Assembly (NCBI RefSeq): GCF_009914755.1
Contig: NC_060931.1
Direction: 5' to 3' (one strand)
DNA length: 64,000 nt
Source of the DNA: the human T2T-CHM13v2.0 reference genome, Homo sapiens
This document shows, piece by piece, positions 50,644 to 64,000 of this stretch. A model generated the notes under the pieces. It worked only from the letters and a program-made list of their open reading frames with translations, was not told where the DNA came from and ran no database searches. A program made the position numbers and the translations under genes. How positions within the stretch are numbered: the first letter of the stretch is position 1; each line of letters starts with the position of its first letter.

Positions 50644-51270
50644 GCTATGTTTAGTTATATGTGTCCATTTGAGTGGGCCACCTGATGCACAGATATCTGG
50701 TTAAACATCATTTCTGGGTGTGTCTATGAGGATGTTTCTGGAAGAGATGAACATTTAAATAAATAAATAAATTTGATTAAGGAAGATTGCCTTTCCCAAC
50801 ATAAATAAATATCATTCAATGCAACTGTTTCAAAAAATAAAAAAAGATAAAACCTAAAAGTAAATAAATAAACAAGAATGAATATAAAGCAAACATTTGT
50901 GAGCAATTAACTATAATTTTCAGTTGAAGGCCTGAGTAGAGAAAAATATAGAGGAAAGAATAATTCTCTCTCTCTGCACCTGACTGCATGAGCTGGGACA
51001 GTAGCATCAGTCTTTTCCTGTCTTTGGACTGGGACTTACATCACCTGCCCTCCTGGTTCTCAGGCCTTTGGACTTGGACTGGAACTTATACCATTGCCCC
51101 TCTAGTTTTTAGGACTTTGGACTTTGACTAGAACTTATGCCATTATTTCCCAGGGCTTCAGACTCAGACTGGCATTATACCACTTGCTTTCACGAGTCTT
51201 CAGCTTTCAGATGGCAGATCATGGGACTTCTGACTCCATAACCACATGGGCAGATTTCTCATAATAAATT

Positions 51271-51314
<44 letters not shown>

Positions 51315-51358
51315 ATGTCCTATTGGTTCTGTTTTTCTGGAGAACATCAACTAATACA
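50644..51358 (+). mobile_element. ERVL LTR (MLT2B type) with an internal (TG)n
   Basis: 'cagatatctggttaaacatcatttctgggtgtgtctatgagg...cctattggttctgtttttctggagaac...actaataca'; TSD-like ataga/atgga. Confidence 0.88.
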
Positions 51359-51941
51359 ATGGAGGAGGCTGCATTCAAGCTAAGCCTTGAAATTTGGTGA
51401 GATTTCAGAGCAGGGGAAGGGGTCTCAAGTCCAAAGTGCTCTTTTGCCTCTGATATGCTTCAGAAATAAAAGGGAAAATGTTATGGTACTTATGTGCTCA
51501 AATGTAGGACATACATATCTCTTAGTGTGGCAACTCTGGTTTCTCTATATCCAGAAAAAACAACAATGCTAGAAAAGGTCAAAGGAAGGGTACTTTTAAA
51601 CATGTGGGGAGCAGAGACACTTCTGGGGATATGATGATAGATCAGAAAATGAAGGACTTTCCAACTGTATTGCCAAAAAAAAAAAAAAAAAAAAAAAAAA
51701 AGCAGGAAGGCTTTCTGAGAGACTTGCTAAATCTCAGTCGAGTGTGGAAATGGTAAATATAAATTAGTTCACCAAAGAGATTTTTATTTTAATAGAGTTA
51801 GTAAATGGATGACTGAAAAACCTACTGAATTAAGAGTAAAAAAAATTAAAATAAAAACAAATAAGCAAACAGAAAACCCGTTATTTTCCTAGTTGTGCAA
51901 CTCATTAGCTGTGTAACTTTGTTTTGTTTTGGTAAAGACGA

Positions 51942-52327
51942 TGATATTGTTTGGTTCTGTGTCCCCACCCAAATCTCATGTTGAATTGCAATCCTCAGTG
52001 TTGGGTGAGGGACCTGGTGGGAGGTGATAGGATCATGGGGGCAGATTTCCCTTTTGCTGTTCTCGTGACAGTGAGTTCTCATGAAATCTTGTTGTTTAAA
52101 AGTGCATAGCACTTCCCCCTTTGCTCTCTCTCTCCTGCTGGCCATGTGAAGATATGCTTCCCTTCCCCTTCATTTTCTGCCATGATTGTAAATTTCCTGA
52201 GTCCTCCCCAAGCCATGCTTCCTATACAACCTGTGGAGCCGTGGGCCAATTAAACTTAATTTCTTTATAAACTACCTGGTCTCAGGTAGTTCTCTGTAGC
52301 AATGTGGGACTATAATGGACTAATACA
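51942..52327 (+). mobile_element. MaLR LTR (MSTA type) inserted in a reverse FLAM/Alu monomer (about 51918-52440), itself within a MIR
   Basis: 'tgatattgtttggttctgtgtccccacccaaatctcatgttgaattg...gactaataca'; the Alu resumes at 'atggggtctcact'. Confidence 0.88.
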
Positions 52328-53344
52328 CATGGGGTCTCACTTTTTGCCCAGGCTGGTCTCCAAATTCTGGCCTCAATCAGTCCTCCCACCTTGGCCTCCT
52401 AAAGTGCTGGTATTACAGGTGTGAGCCATCACGTCTGACCCTAACTGTAACTTTTGCAAATTAATAAATCTCTCTGTATCTCAATGACCTCATTGATAAA
52501 ATGTCAACTCCTTGATCTACTTTACAGGGTTGTCTTGAAGATCTTAGAAGATAACTTAAGTGAGGGGGGCTGGAGAAAAAATTTAGACCCTATGGAGGCA
52601 TATAAGGAATCTGCTCTTTTAGAACATATTTTTGAAATTTGGTGAGATTGGACTCTTACGAGGAGTGATTGAGAAGCTGCACTCTCAGAGAGTGAAGAAC
52701 TCAATTCCAGGTGACTACAGCACAGGATGCAGGAAGCCAGTAGGTTTGGTTTAGGCAAATTTCAAGAAGAGCAGTATGGGCATGGAACCAGGCTGGAGGT
52801 GGGATTGGAGACACAGATAGAAAGAAATTATTGGATTTTTTATAGTTTGGGAGCTATGCTCAGACTTGCAGCTTTGGTCAGGAGGCTGCAATTAAGGGTG
52901 AACTTAGAAGGGAAAAATGAAATGGAAGAAAGAGCTTAATCCTTTTTTGCAGCTTTAATGACGTAATTTGAATGTTTAGACCATGAGCTTCCACCATACC
53001 ATAGTCAAATTGTTCATGTACTTTCCTATATTTAGGGAGCTTGACATAGGTGGTGCATGAAGTGTCTCAAGAGGAAGCAGAGAATAAGATCTCAGTTACA
53101 CAGTCTGGGCAAGAATACAAGAAAATCACCCAAAAAACTGCGACCATCAGAGGAGCCTCCATGTTAGAGTCTCTGGGCCTCTGTCTCTTCAGAATCCACC
53201 CTGGAAACAGTGTGCATCAAAACACTTTGGAGTTCTTAGAGGCACTTGGAATTATCTGCTGGCTTCCCACCTTTAAAGAGACTGGGCTAGTTAAATATCC
53301 CCCTCTGTTCATTTTTTTAAATTTGTGAGTTTATTTTTTGATTA

Positions 53345-54030
53345 TTACTCTAATTGGGGGCTAACATTAACATTTACTGGGCAAGTGTCAGGGAGGTCAA
53401 CATTATGCATGTTTGAGATAGTCCTTTGCCATGAAGAATTGTTCTGTGTCCCATGTGACTTTTGTATGTCCAACTGGGCAGTTGTGAATTCAGAAAACCT
53501 CGTGTATAATTATTCAAACTCAAAGCCTAACTCCATTTTACATGCAAACACAATGTATTTATTACACAGTTTTAATACACCCTAAATTTTCTAGGAATAA
53601 AACTTTGTACTTTGTTCAGAACTTTTCTTTTTTTAAAGTAAGTTGTTCATTGTTTTGGAAATTTGCATAACTGTTAGACAATTGTTCAAGGGCTTTAATT
53701 GTCTAAACAGCACATAAATCTTGGTTTGTATTTGTAGTTGCTGAATTCAAAAGCAATTTGTCATCTACAGCCAGCTTTTGACTGCTTCATTATGTCTTCC
53801 AATGTAGTTATTTCTAAGCATTTACATATTGAAATACATATTATTTTACTAAAAATTATTTTCTTTTTTTAACATTTATTTTATGCTTAAAGCATCATTT
53901 TGGCTTAAAAATTAATAGGTGTCTATAGGTTATATTGTCTGTGAATTTCATTTAAGAATAAATAAATGGAGCTTAATAAAATATTTGTTGTAAAAGGTGG
54001 CATTTGGCCCCATGAGGTTGAGAAATACTG
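53345..54030. mobile_element. hAT-Charlie DNA transposon (MER20B-like)
   Basis: 'gaagaattgttctg...cctaactccattttacatgcaaacaca...ggttgagaaatactg'. Confidence 0.6.
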
Positions 54031-54494
54031 GACAAAAATGTGATTGAAAAGGCAGGAGTTGTGAGCATAGGTTGTGCTAAATGCCCATTGCCTGTACATT
54101 GTACCTCTCCCCAATTTAACTGAGGGAAAATTACAACAAATATGTAGGTGAAGGGGGACCAAAAACAAAGAATGCTTTTGGGGTTAACCATAAGTGCTTC
54201 AATGTAAGATTTTCAGTCCTTTGGTTTTATGACAGGAGTTTGTCAGTTCACAATACCAGAAGATCTGAAAGAAAAATAAAAACAAAACCCAGAACCTCTT
54301 TGGGCTTCTCAGGCAATAGAGAAAGACTTCCACGTACTCAGAAGACCATCGTCAGTTAACAAAAGCCAGGTAAGACCAAAGAGACCTCTGCTTCCCTCTA
54401 TGGAGATATAACAAACTCCAGACAACAAGGGCTATAAATAAGAAAAAAACAGATCAAAATTTTTATTCTTTACAAATAAAAGTTTTCCTTTTTT

Positions 54495-54870
54495 AGGAAT
54501 GAAATTTTGATATACGCTAAAACACGGATGGACCTTGAAAATACTATGCTTAGAGAAATAAATCAGATACAGAAGGATGAATATTGTATGATTTCAATTT
54601 ATATGTGGTACCTAGAAAAGTGAAATTCATAGAGAAAGAAAGTTGAATACATGTTAGGGTCTGCATGAAGGAAGGAATGGGGAGTTTATTGTATAATGAG
54701 TACAGAGGTTTTGTTAGGGATGATGAAAAGGTTTTGGGTATAGATAGTGGTGATGGTTATATAACATTATGAATGCATTTAATGGTACTAAATTGCACAC
54801 TTAAGAATGGCCTAAATGATGAATACTATGTTATACATATTTTATCAGAATTTTAAAATTAAGTGAAAAA
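54495..54870 (+). mobile_element. 5'-truncated L1MB 3' end
   Basis: 'acggatggaccttgaaaatactatgct...aatattgtatgatttca'; TSD aaagttttcc. Confidence 0.85.
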
Positions 54871-57469
54871 CAAAGTTTTCCGTTTTTTAAAGCTCAACCT
54901 CCAAATACAGTTCTATTCCTGGAGTCTGTAGATTTTCTTTTTGCTTTCCTACTTACGTTCTTCCTTTCCTACTGTGTATGTTAAGCCATAAACACCATTT
55001 TATTAGGAGGGAAAGAGAACAAGAAAGCCCTGTGAAGGAAACTTTCACATCATTGTTTACTTTTAGATCTTCAAATGCTGCTCTCAAAGCAGAAAAGATG
55101 ACTGTTTAACATACAATTTAACATACATTGAAGATTTATCATTCTTGAAATAAATTTTAATGAATTCAAAAGGCCTTAACACCCCTTTCTTGGATTGTCT
55201 TGCCCGCTATTCTTTTTGAAAGCTGTTTAATTTCTGAGAGCAGTTAGAGGCTGGAACTTGTGCTTGCCGAAACAATCATACACACGATCACTTGTTTTTT
55301 GGCAAAATAAGTTATAAAAATAAGGCAATCTGCTTCAATATTGAATTTGGGGGTTCGATATGAGTTTCTAGCTATTTTTAAAACTGAAAGTAGTTTTCTA
55401 ATTATTATTTTTCCAGGTACATTTCCTTATGATCTTTCATCCTAAGAGCAGATTTCCACCATGTATCTAGATAATCAGGAAGACACAAGTATAAACTGGG
55501 TCTGTAAGTTCTTCTACCAGATTTGAAAGGTGATAGGCCAGGCTGATTCATCCTCACTGTGATGCACTTACTCATGGAGCTTCAATCTCTCCAGCCCCAT
55601 CTGTGACTGAAGTCAGGGCTGCTGTGGGCCACATTATATTTTTAGATCTCTTATTTTCTGGTTGAGAGACTACTTGGAATGAGACATCTATCTTCATAGT
55701 TCTATTACTCTGCAAATGAAAATACATGTCTATAAAATGTTAGTCAGGGCTGTTACATCTCTGTCCTGATAGTCAAGATGCCAGGAAGACCATTAAATAT
55801 ACATGGATGGGCAAACAGGTTGATGCTGAGTATTGCATGGAGCTGCCGACCTGGGCATTTCTATCACAGGTCAGAGGCCAACAGAAGCATATCACCCTCT
55901 AGATCATCTGGGTAGAGCAACAGAAACAAACAAAAAAAAAGAACCTGCTTTCTTGGAAACGTCAAAGTATTTTTTTCTTGTTTAATTTTATGGATACGGC
56001 AAATAATAGAGTCTTTGTATTTTATTGGAAAAGTTAATGAAGTTTACTTCTTTAGAACTCAGAGTGAATAATAAACAAAATTAAGCTGTCACTCTCCCTG
56101 GAGTACATCCAGTGCTGTCACATTAGGGAAACGTATTTCTTCTCATGAGAACATAGCACTTGATGGCTTGCGCAGGCTGAAAGAGCTGAAGGATGGAATA
56201 ACATGATGCATTTGGAGCCATGTGTGATGGGAAAGACAAGCAGGAACCGCCTTTTAACTGTCTGTAATTTTAAGTACTAGAACAATGATTTTGGGGGCCA
56301 CCCTATGTGTCACTGGGGATGCACTTAGCCCTGAGAGCCTCTCACAGGGAGAGGACAGGTGTCTGGGGTAGTGAGGGCAGGGCCGCACTTCTTGGTGAGG
56401 CAGTACTAAAATTAGAGGTGACTTTGGGGAATCTCTTCTGACCAAGGCATGCTTGGCCTGGACTGAGCAGATTTAATAAACTCACGGGAGGAGCCTCGTT
56501 AGCACAATAACAACACATCTCTCTCCTTCCTGGATTTCATATCTCTGCTGCTCCCTGCTTCTACTGACAGCTTCAGGGAGCAAAGTCATTGCAGAACACA
56601 AGGACTAACTGCCAGCAGCAGGAGAGGGGATGGAACCAGTTGGTCAAACACCCTAACCCAGAGTTTGGAAAGCTGTCCCCAAAATAGAGTCAGGCCTTTT
56701 GGGTAAACAAGTTAGCTCATTTTGAGGAAGACATATTTATGATCAAACATGACAGGTATAAAACGCTGGGAGAAACATCTTTATAGGCTATGAGAAAAAG
56801 TGGGACAGTTTACCCATGGGCATTAAAAACCCTTCTCTCCCCTTGTGGTTGTTGGCAGGAGATGGTTCTCACTGGCACGACCTGGTTGTACTGCCTTTCC
56901 CTCATCCCTAGTAAAGTTGCTCTGGACTCTGGCTGGCGCCCTGTTGGACAGTCACCACTGACTACATTTCAAGTGGCATATGGGGTACAGCTGGCAGGAG
57001 AATCGAGTTCTCTTGTGGTCAAGGAGAATTCAAAAGAGCAGGAGAAGGAACAGCCACGTCAAGGCCCTGGCTTGTCCATGGGATGTTCCTTTGCCAGGAA
57101 CCATGGGACGCCCGACCCCCATACAAGGAAGGCCACATGGAGGAGCTGGCAGAAGAACCAGCCATCGGCAGACCAAAGGAAGCAGCTTCTGCGGGTTTTT
57201 GGAGTGGCCACACTGCCAGTGTTACACAATGTGATATGACGGGGGAAAAAAAGTGGTTTCTCATGCTCTTCCAAATTAAGATAGCATTTCTTTGACAAAT
57301 TAGTAAAAAATAAGTTTTTTAGAGTGAAGAATGACCTGGAGTGATGTGCCTATTAGCTGATGAAATAAGAGACACATGAAAGTTTGAAATGGAAATGGAT
57401 AAATTGCAGTTTCTTTTACTCGGCTCACTCTAAATGCTGAGACAGACAAGTCTGTTTCATCCTGGTCAA

Positions 57470-57630
57470 GAGCATGTGGTTTGATGGTCAGGGGATGGGC
57501 AAGGGAGTCAGAAAGTCTGGGTTGTATTCCCAGCTTTGCCACTGACTTACTGGGTGACCTTGACCAATAGTTGTACCCTCAGTATCTCCATCCAGAAAAC
57601 AGGGATTTAATGACAGCCCCCAGAAAGGAA
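57470..57630 (+). mobile_element. MIR
   Basis: 'ggagtcagaaagtctgggtt...ctttgccactgacttactgggtgaccttg...cctcagtatctccatc'. Confidence 0.8.
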
Positions 57631-58908
57631 TGTTTGAGCAGTTTCTAGGCATACAGGGCTCGATACTTTGAGGTCCCAGGCAGGCAAAGATGGCAAGACT
57701 TCCAAATTTAGTTTTCCTGCACAGGGAAGCATGGTTGAGAGCTTTTGGAAACAATTGGAGTAGGGAACAAAGTAAATCCCCATAACTGTCAAAGGCAACC
57801 TTTGATATATGGCTTCAAAAACTCTCAAATCTCCAAAGCCACCTTGTCACCTTCCAAAGTTACTTGCTATTGGACCCCGTAAATTTATTTAAAAACAATT
57901 TAAAATTAAATTCCATGACACTGAGTCATCTCCTGCCAGCCACTAAATACTAAGATGAAAATCTCTTGTGACATTTAACACAATGGCTGTTCAGAGGTCT
58001 TGCATTAGCTATTTTAAAGACTTTTATATGTTGGTTTGCTACCTTCCATAAGAACCTTAAGAAGACAAAACACACTTACACTTATTCTTCAGCCAGCAAA
58101 CGAATAGCTCAGACTGGGCACAAGGACATTCATCTTTCGTTGGGTCTGATCTTTTGTTTGTCCTAAAGGGGTTCTTTCTTGTGAGAATCCAGGATGGTGC
58201 TGGGTAAACAGCAACTAACAGAGCAAGTGTCATGAAACTACATTCTGATCCTGGCATTTCCATCCTGGTGAATAAGTAATTTAGTCTCTAGGCATCACTT
58301 TTCCTATTTGCAAAAGAAGGGTGTGTCTCATAGCTTTGCTTTTGCTGCCATACAACCCTTCTTCCAAAAGAAATGTTATGTATCATTCTAGGATGAAAAA
58401 GCCAGAGGAGAGGGATCTCAGCCCCTCTTTCCTATGCTGACAAGTCTGGTCAGCAACTTTGTAAAACCCAGCATAAATACCACTGGTTAGTCCTTGAAGT
58501 CGTTTTTGTATATAAGAGAGTCTGTGGGTGAGAAGAGGGTGGAGGAATTCCGTATGTTTACAGCCAAGCAATGAAGGTTAGTGACTACTGTGCTGGATTG
58601 AGAGACGCCTATTTTTGGTTTTGGTCCAGTCAGTAAAAATAGAAGGTCTTAAAAGTTTGGATGAAAGCCACTTTGTAGTGTTCCTTTTGATGTGACCTTG
58701 CCTTATACCTACATAGAGTCGGTATAGTTACTCTTAGTTAGCTATAATACTCCATTTCTTAATCATTCTTGATATATGAAATTTATATTTTGTGCATAGA
58801 ATTTTTTCCTCACATGAGTAGTTTCCTTTGAGGAAAACAAAACCCTGATAAAACAAAATATTTTCGGTATTTATGAGCTACTTTTTCCTCCAAGTAAAAA
58901 CAGCCCTT

Positions 58909-59247
<339 letters not shown>

Positions 59248-59302
59248 TAAAACTATGAAAGATATACCTGCTTACAGAAAAAATGATATAACATGTAAAG
59301 TA

Positions 59303-59625
<323 letters not shown>

Positions 59626-59756
59626 ACACAACATATAAAGTAGAAGGATAAATTCACCTGTAGTCCTAGCCACAAATAACTGCTGTTAACATTTTGACAT
59701 ATTTCTTTGAAGCTTTCTCTATGCATATACTCTCTTTACCGTAATAGAAAACCATT

Positions 59757-59841
59757 TTTGAGCTGCTTTGCCTATTGAGTAGCCATTCATTTATTCCTTT
59801 ACCTCCTTAATAAACTTGCTTTCACTTTACTAAAAAAAAAA
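59757..59841 (+). mobile_element. Polyadenylated fragment of a MER41-type LTR (R region)
   Basis: 'gctgctttgcctattgagtagccattc...ttaataaacttgctttcactttact' followed by A10; TSD aaaaccatt / aaaaccgtt. Confidence 0.75.
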
Positions 59842-59901
59842 CCGTTAAAAAATGGCTCATACATTTGAAAAAATGGCTTCATAGCTTGTGTAACTATATA
59901 G

Positions 59902-60252
<351 letters not shown>

Positions 60253-62679
60253 AAGATTCACTTTTATAAACAACAATGTGATGAACATCTATGTGCAAAT
60301 ATTTTAGTGTATGCATCCAATAATTTCTATTGATGATATTCCTTAAAGTGAACACCTTAGTCAAATTATACACACATTTTAATTTTTAATATTGGCCATC
60401 AGAAAGGTTGGTACAATCTATATTAGTAAAATGTGTTATCTGGCATGGAAATACAGAGAGGGTTTTGGGTTCTACTAGAAATCAGAATGGCACTGCCTAT
60501 TATAAATCCTTGTTTATTGACTTTAAAATGCTTGGTCTTTGTTGGTAAAGGCCCAAACTGAATGCTCTGAAAGAATAGTTATTGACTAGAAAGACTCCTT
60601 GAAGAAAAATGTTTAGACAGCCACGTAATTGGATTCCCAGCTGGAATAGTGGGTTTCTAAGATTCACGACTATTTTAAAATTCAAGGAATACAGATCCCT
60701 TATCCTTGTTCATTGGGAATAATTTCCTCTGTCCCATTTTTAGGGGGCTTTAAATATTCACATGACTTATATTTGAAAATATGATTGGATACAGACAAAA
60801 GTAGAGTAAAATTGATGTATAGCAGTAAAATGGTTAAGCAGGAAACAATTACACCACAACCTATCCCTCTTCAGTTACAGTAGGCTCAAGAATGACTTGC
60901 CCCTGAAGGATGAAATTAAGTTGTTTAAGACCCTCACTTTGATTTTACTCAAGCAGCTAAGGAAGAAGTACTATTATTTTTGTACTGAAAATTGATGTAC
61001 AGCACTGCACAAGGCTGGTCTGTCACTTGTGGTGACAGCACAGACAACGGGCCAGTTTGATCTCTAAAAAGTTAAGGTTGCAGGCAGGAGTCAGCATGGA
61101 TGATACAGTTGCTATTCCAGATTCTGGGACACAGACACTCCAGGCAAGGAGGAAAACGAATTCTATGAAATATGGTAGGGGTAGTTTCAGCAGAAACTGT
61201 TCTATGTAATAAACACTGTTTGAGATACGTGGGTGACTGTTTCTTATTTCTAGAAACACTGCTGTCATTACCTCAAAATTTTATATGCTTTGCAGAAATT
61301 GGAAATATAAACCAAGGACTTCCAGTTTAACTTGAAACTTGTGACTCTTTTAATGATGGAAGTCAGTAAACATATTCACGAATAGCTACCCACAAATATT
61401 CAAACCACCCATCATTCTCTACTGAATACATGTAAAAGACAACAGATAAAGCCCAAGAAGTTGCTTTGTGACTGTAGATACATGCACTGTGAGTTATTAA
61501 CACATTTAATGAAAAACTGAAGAGACTATGGCTCACTTGAAACAACCTATCAATCTGGAATTGCTTATAATGGGAAAGAAATATTTATAAATAGAATTAG
61601 ACTTGGGCTTCAAGAAAACACATGCTATTATAAGGAAGAAATTGATTAATTATTGCTCTCTCTCCTTACTCCACCTCCTCTCCCCTTCTCCACCTCCTGG
61701 GATACAGGTTTAAGTTTAATCTGGGGCTTTAAATTAGCATTAGAAAAAACTTTTTGATGATGTGTACATTTTAACTACTAGGATGGGACTACAACAAAAT
61801 ATATAAACTCATTTCCCTAGACAATTTTAAACGATGAGATTGGTATAATTGGTGTGGGTTGGTTTGGCTTTGCTTAAAAAAGAGAGATGAATGAGGGGAT
61901 TCCAAAAGCTTTTTCAGTCCCTTGAGTTTGTGACTGTACTTTGGGCTTTGCCTCATTGGACTGTTAGAAAGCCCTGGGCCACTAGTGATCACCTGTCATC
62001 CTGACGATAATCTCCACTGAGGAGAATGTTTGTTCTAATAATGAATACATAGGGCTCAGTTTCTACTTTCCTTAATTTTCCCAACAGCTACAGAGAGGTC
62101 TCTTGGTTCCTTAATAATATTATTTATTTTCTCTTCCTGGTGATATTACTGTGGCCTACTTGATTTTAAAGGCTTGGCTATACATTTTAAAAATTCATTA
62201 ATGATGGAAAATAAAAAAGATACATTCATACCAAATAATTATGCCTAAGAAAATTCAAGCTTTCATTGTGTTTTAACCTGTTGGCCAGAGCTGGCCATTT
62301 GTATGTATTAAAAAGGCAGCTACCAACTATAATGACTGATTAAGGGACATACATCAACACCCCATTCCTCTTTGACCTCCATGTATCTGTCAAATTGGCT
62401 AAAGATCTTAACATTAGGATCATCCTTGAATAGCCATCTTAAGGATTTAAGAGTTTGAATTTACATGGGATAAGAAACATTTTACCTGGTTAATATAGGA
62501 GCTTGGCTAATTTACATGGATACCCCAATATCCCACTTATCTCTTAGCAGAGAGCAGGGCTCAGAGGGGAACTGAAAGTAAGAACAAAACTGAAAGGAAG
62601 TTGATAAAGAAAGACTTGGAACAGGAATTCCTGCCTAGGCCCAGTCCTGGATGCCTACAGAATGGCTCAAGGATGCTAG

Positions 62680-62752
62680 GGCTTACTTCTTATTACACCT
62701 TGAATGCCTAGCGCAGGGCCTGGCGCTGAATGAATGAATAAAGGAATGAATG
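62680..62752 (+). mobile_element. L2 3' terminus
   Basis: 'tgcctagcgcagggcctggc...tgaatgaatgaat'. Confidence 0.65.
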
Positions 62753-64000
62753 TGTGGGTGTCAAGGTGAGAGGGTGTTTAATAAGTGTTGATGGTGGGGG
62801 CAGCCTCATAAAAATGACAGTAGATGGATGGGGGTTGCATGGGTGTATAGGGGATAAATTTTTAGAAATTTTTTTAAAGAGCAACTCTCAAGGCCTGGAA
62901 TTTGTTTTGTGAACAGTCCCACAAAGCAGTTGCCTCTCACAGATTTACTGCATTTAGAAAAGTCCAGGTCCTCTTTCATGCTTTTCTCCCTGCACCCTAG
63001 CCCCAGAGTGTTAGCCATATTTTCTTCATGGCCATTGCATGGAACACCATCAATAAACTCAGCCTTTGTCCAGTAGACGGTGCTGTTGTACTCTGGCCCT
63101 GCTGCTGATGGCATCCTTCTTCCTCGTTAGTGTTTCATCACAGGATTTTATAATGAAAAGGTTCTCAGACATTTGGGGAAAGGCTTTTTTCCCCCCAAAC
63201 TAGATGCAAAAATATCTTTTCACACGGGGCTCACCCCTCATGTCTTTTCAAAGAAGCACAGGAAAAAAAAAAGAAAATATTCATGTTTTTCCTGTTCTGG
63301 GAAACAAAAGAAAACAAAACAACAACCCAAATCTCTCAGGGATGAGGTCCTGACACCTTTGGCTGAATTAAGCTGTTGGGAGACAAGGAAGAGGTAATAG
63401 TGGTCAGGTAATCTCAACACTCAACCGCCATCCTGTTTTGGTGGAGGGCCCCAAGTAACACACTTGGTGGGAGGCCTGGGCTGAGCAGGATGGGTCTTCC
63501 TCCCAGGAGCCTGGGAGAACACAAGGCCAATTGTGAGGCAAGGTGCATGGGCTGCTGCAGGAGGGCTTGGGCAGCAGCTGTCCCCAGATGCCCACTGCCA
63601 ATAAGTCTACAGAGCAGCACTGGCTGTGGCCTCAAAGGGACCGAGGAAGCTGCCACCCTGGCCTGGGGTCAAACTGTGTGTGGTGACAGGGAAAGGAATG
63701 TGGACTTTGGCAGAGTAAAGAGCGGAAATATGGGAGCCCAAGAGAAAAGCCACCTGGGCTTGTTGAAGCTTTACCACCAGCCAGGGAGGGCAGTGTTTCT
63801 TGTCCCTCAAGATGTGGTTTAGGAAGCCCCAATCTGTTAGGTGCTTTGAGAAGTCTCCCTCTCTATGAGGTACCATCTCACTAAATAAAAGGAGCTATTC
63901 AGTGCAGGGGAAAACTCACTGTTGGGTGCATTCCACGGAGAGTAAAGGCACATCAAAGAAAAAAGTCCTTTAACACACAGATTTCTCCTTGACTTGGATT

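Noticed and set aside
56790-57239. 149-aa ATG ORF in unique sequence
   Set aside because: I recognise no homology and see no supporting promoter or splice structure; overlapping ORFs in several frames reflect local GC content.
62806-63114. 102-aa minus-strand ORF with a possible internal GTGAGA donor
   Set aside because: I do not recognise the protein and see no convincing exon boundaries; it needs a BLAST search.

Overview
This is primate (human-like) non-coding genomic DNA, intergenic or intronic, and AT-rich. It is dominated by interspersed repeats: about 30 Alu/FLAM copies, two near-full-length ancient L1s (about 9.8-19.3 kb and 40.3-46.7 kb, both minus strand), L2/MIR/L3 relics, ERV1 LTRs (LTR17/HERV-W, LTR8, MER39-like, MER31-like, a deleted MER34 provirus), MaLR/ERVL LTRs and DNA transposons (Ricksha, MER119, MER102, MER20B, MER5A). 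I can support no protein-coding gene; the listed ORFs are repeat-derived or unrecognisable. The only RNA-gene-derived feature is a U7 snRNA pseudogene at about 25.75 kb. The most notable observation is a 20/21-nt match to the U7 snRNA 5' end inside the HERV-W solo LTR, so LTR-sense RNA would carry an HDE-like U7 target. Other findings are a probable L1 3' transduction, a polyadenylated retrocopy of a MER41 R region, a templated local insertion, a microsatellite-built cruciform and two candidate non-coding exons. Repeat family names come from my recall of consensus sequences, not from a search, and boundaries are approximate.
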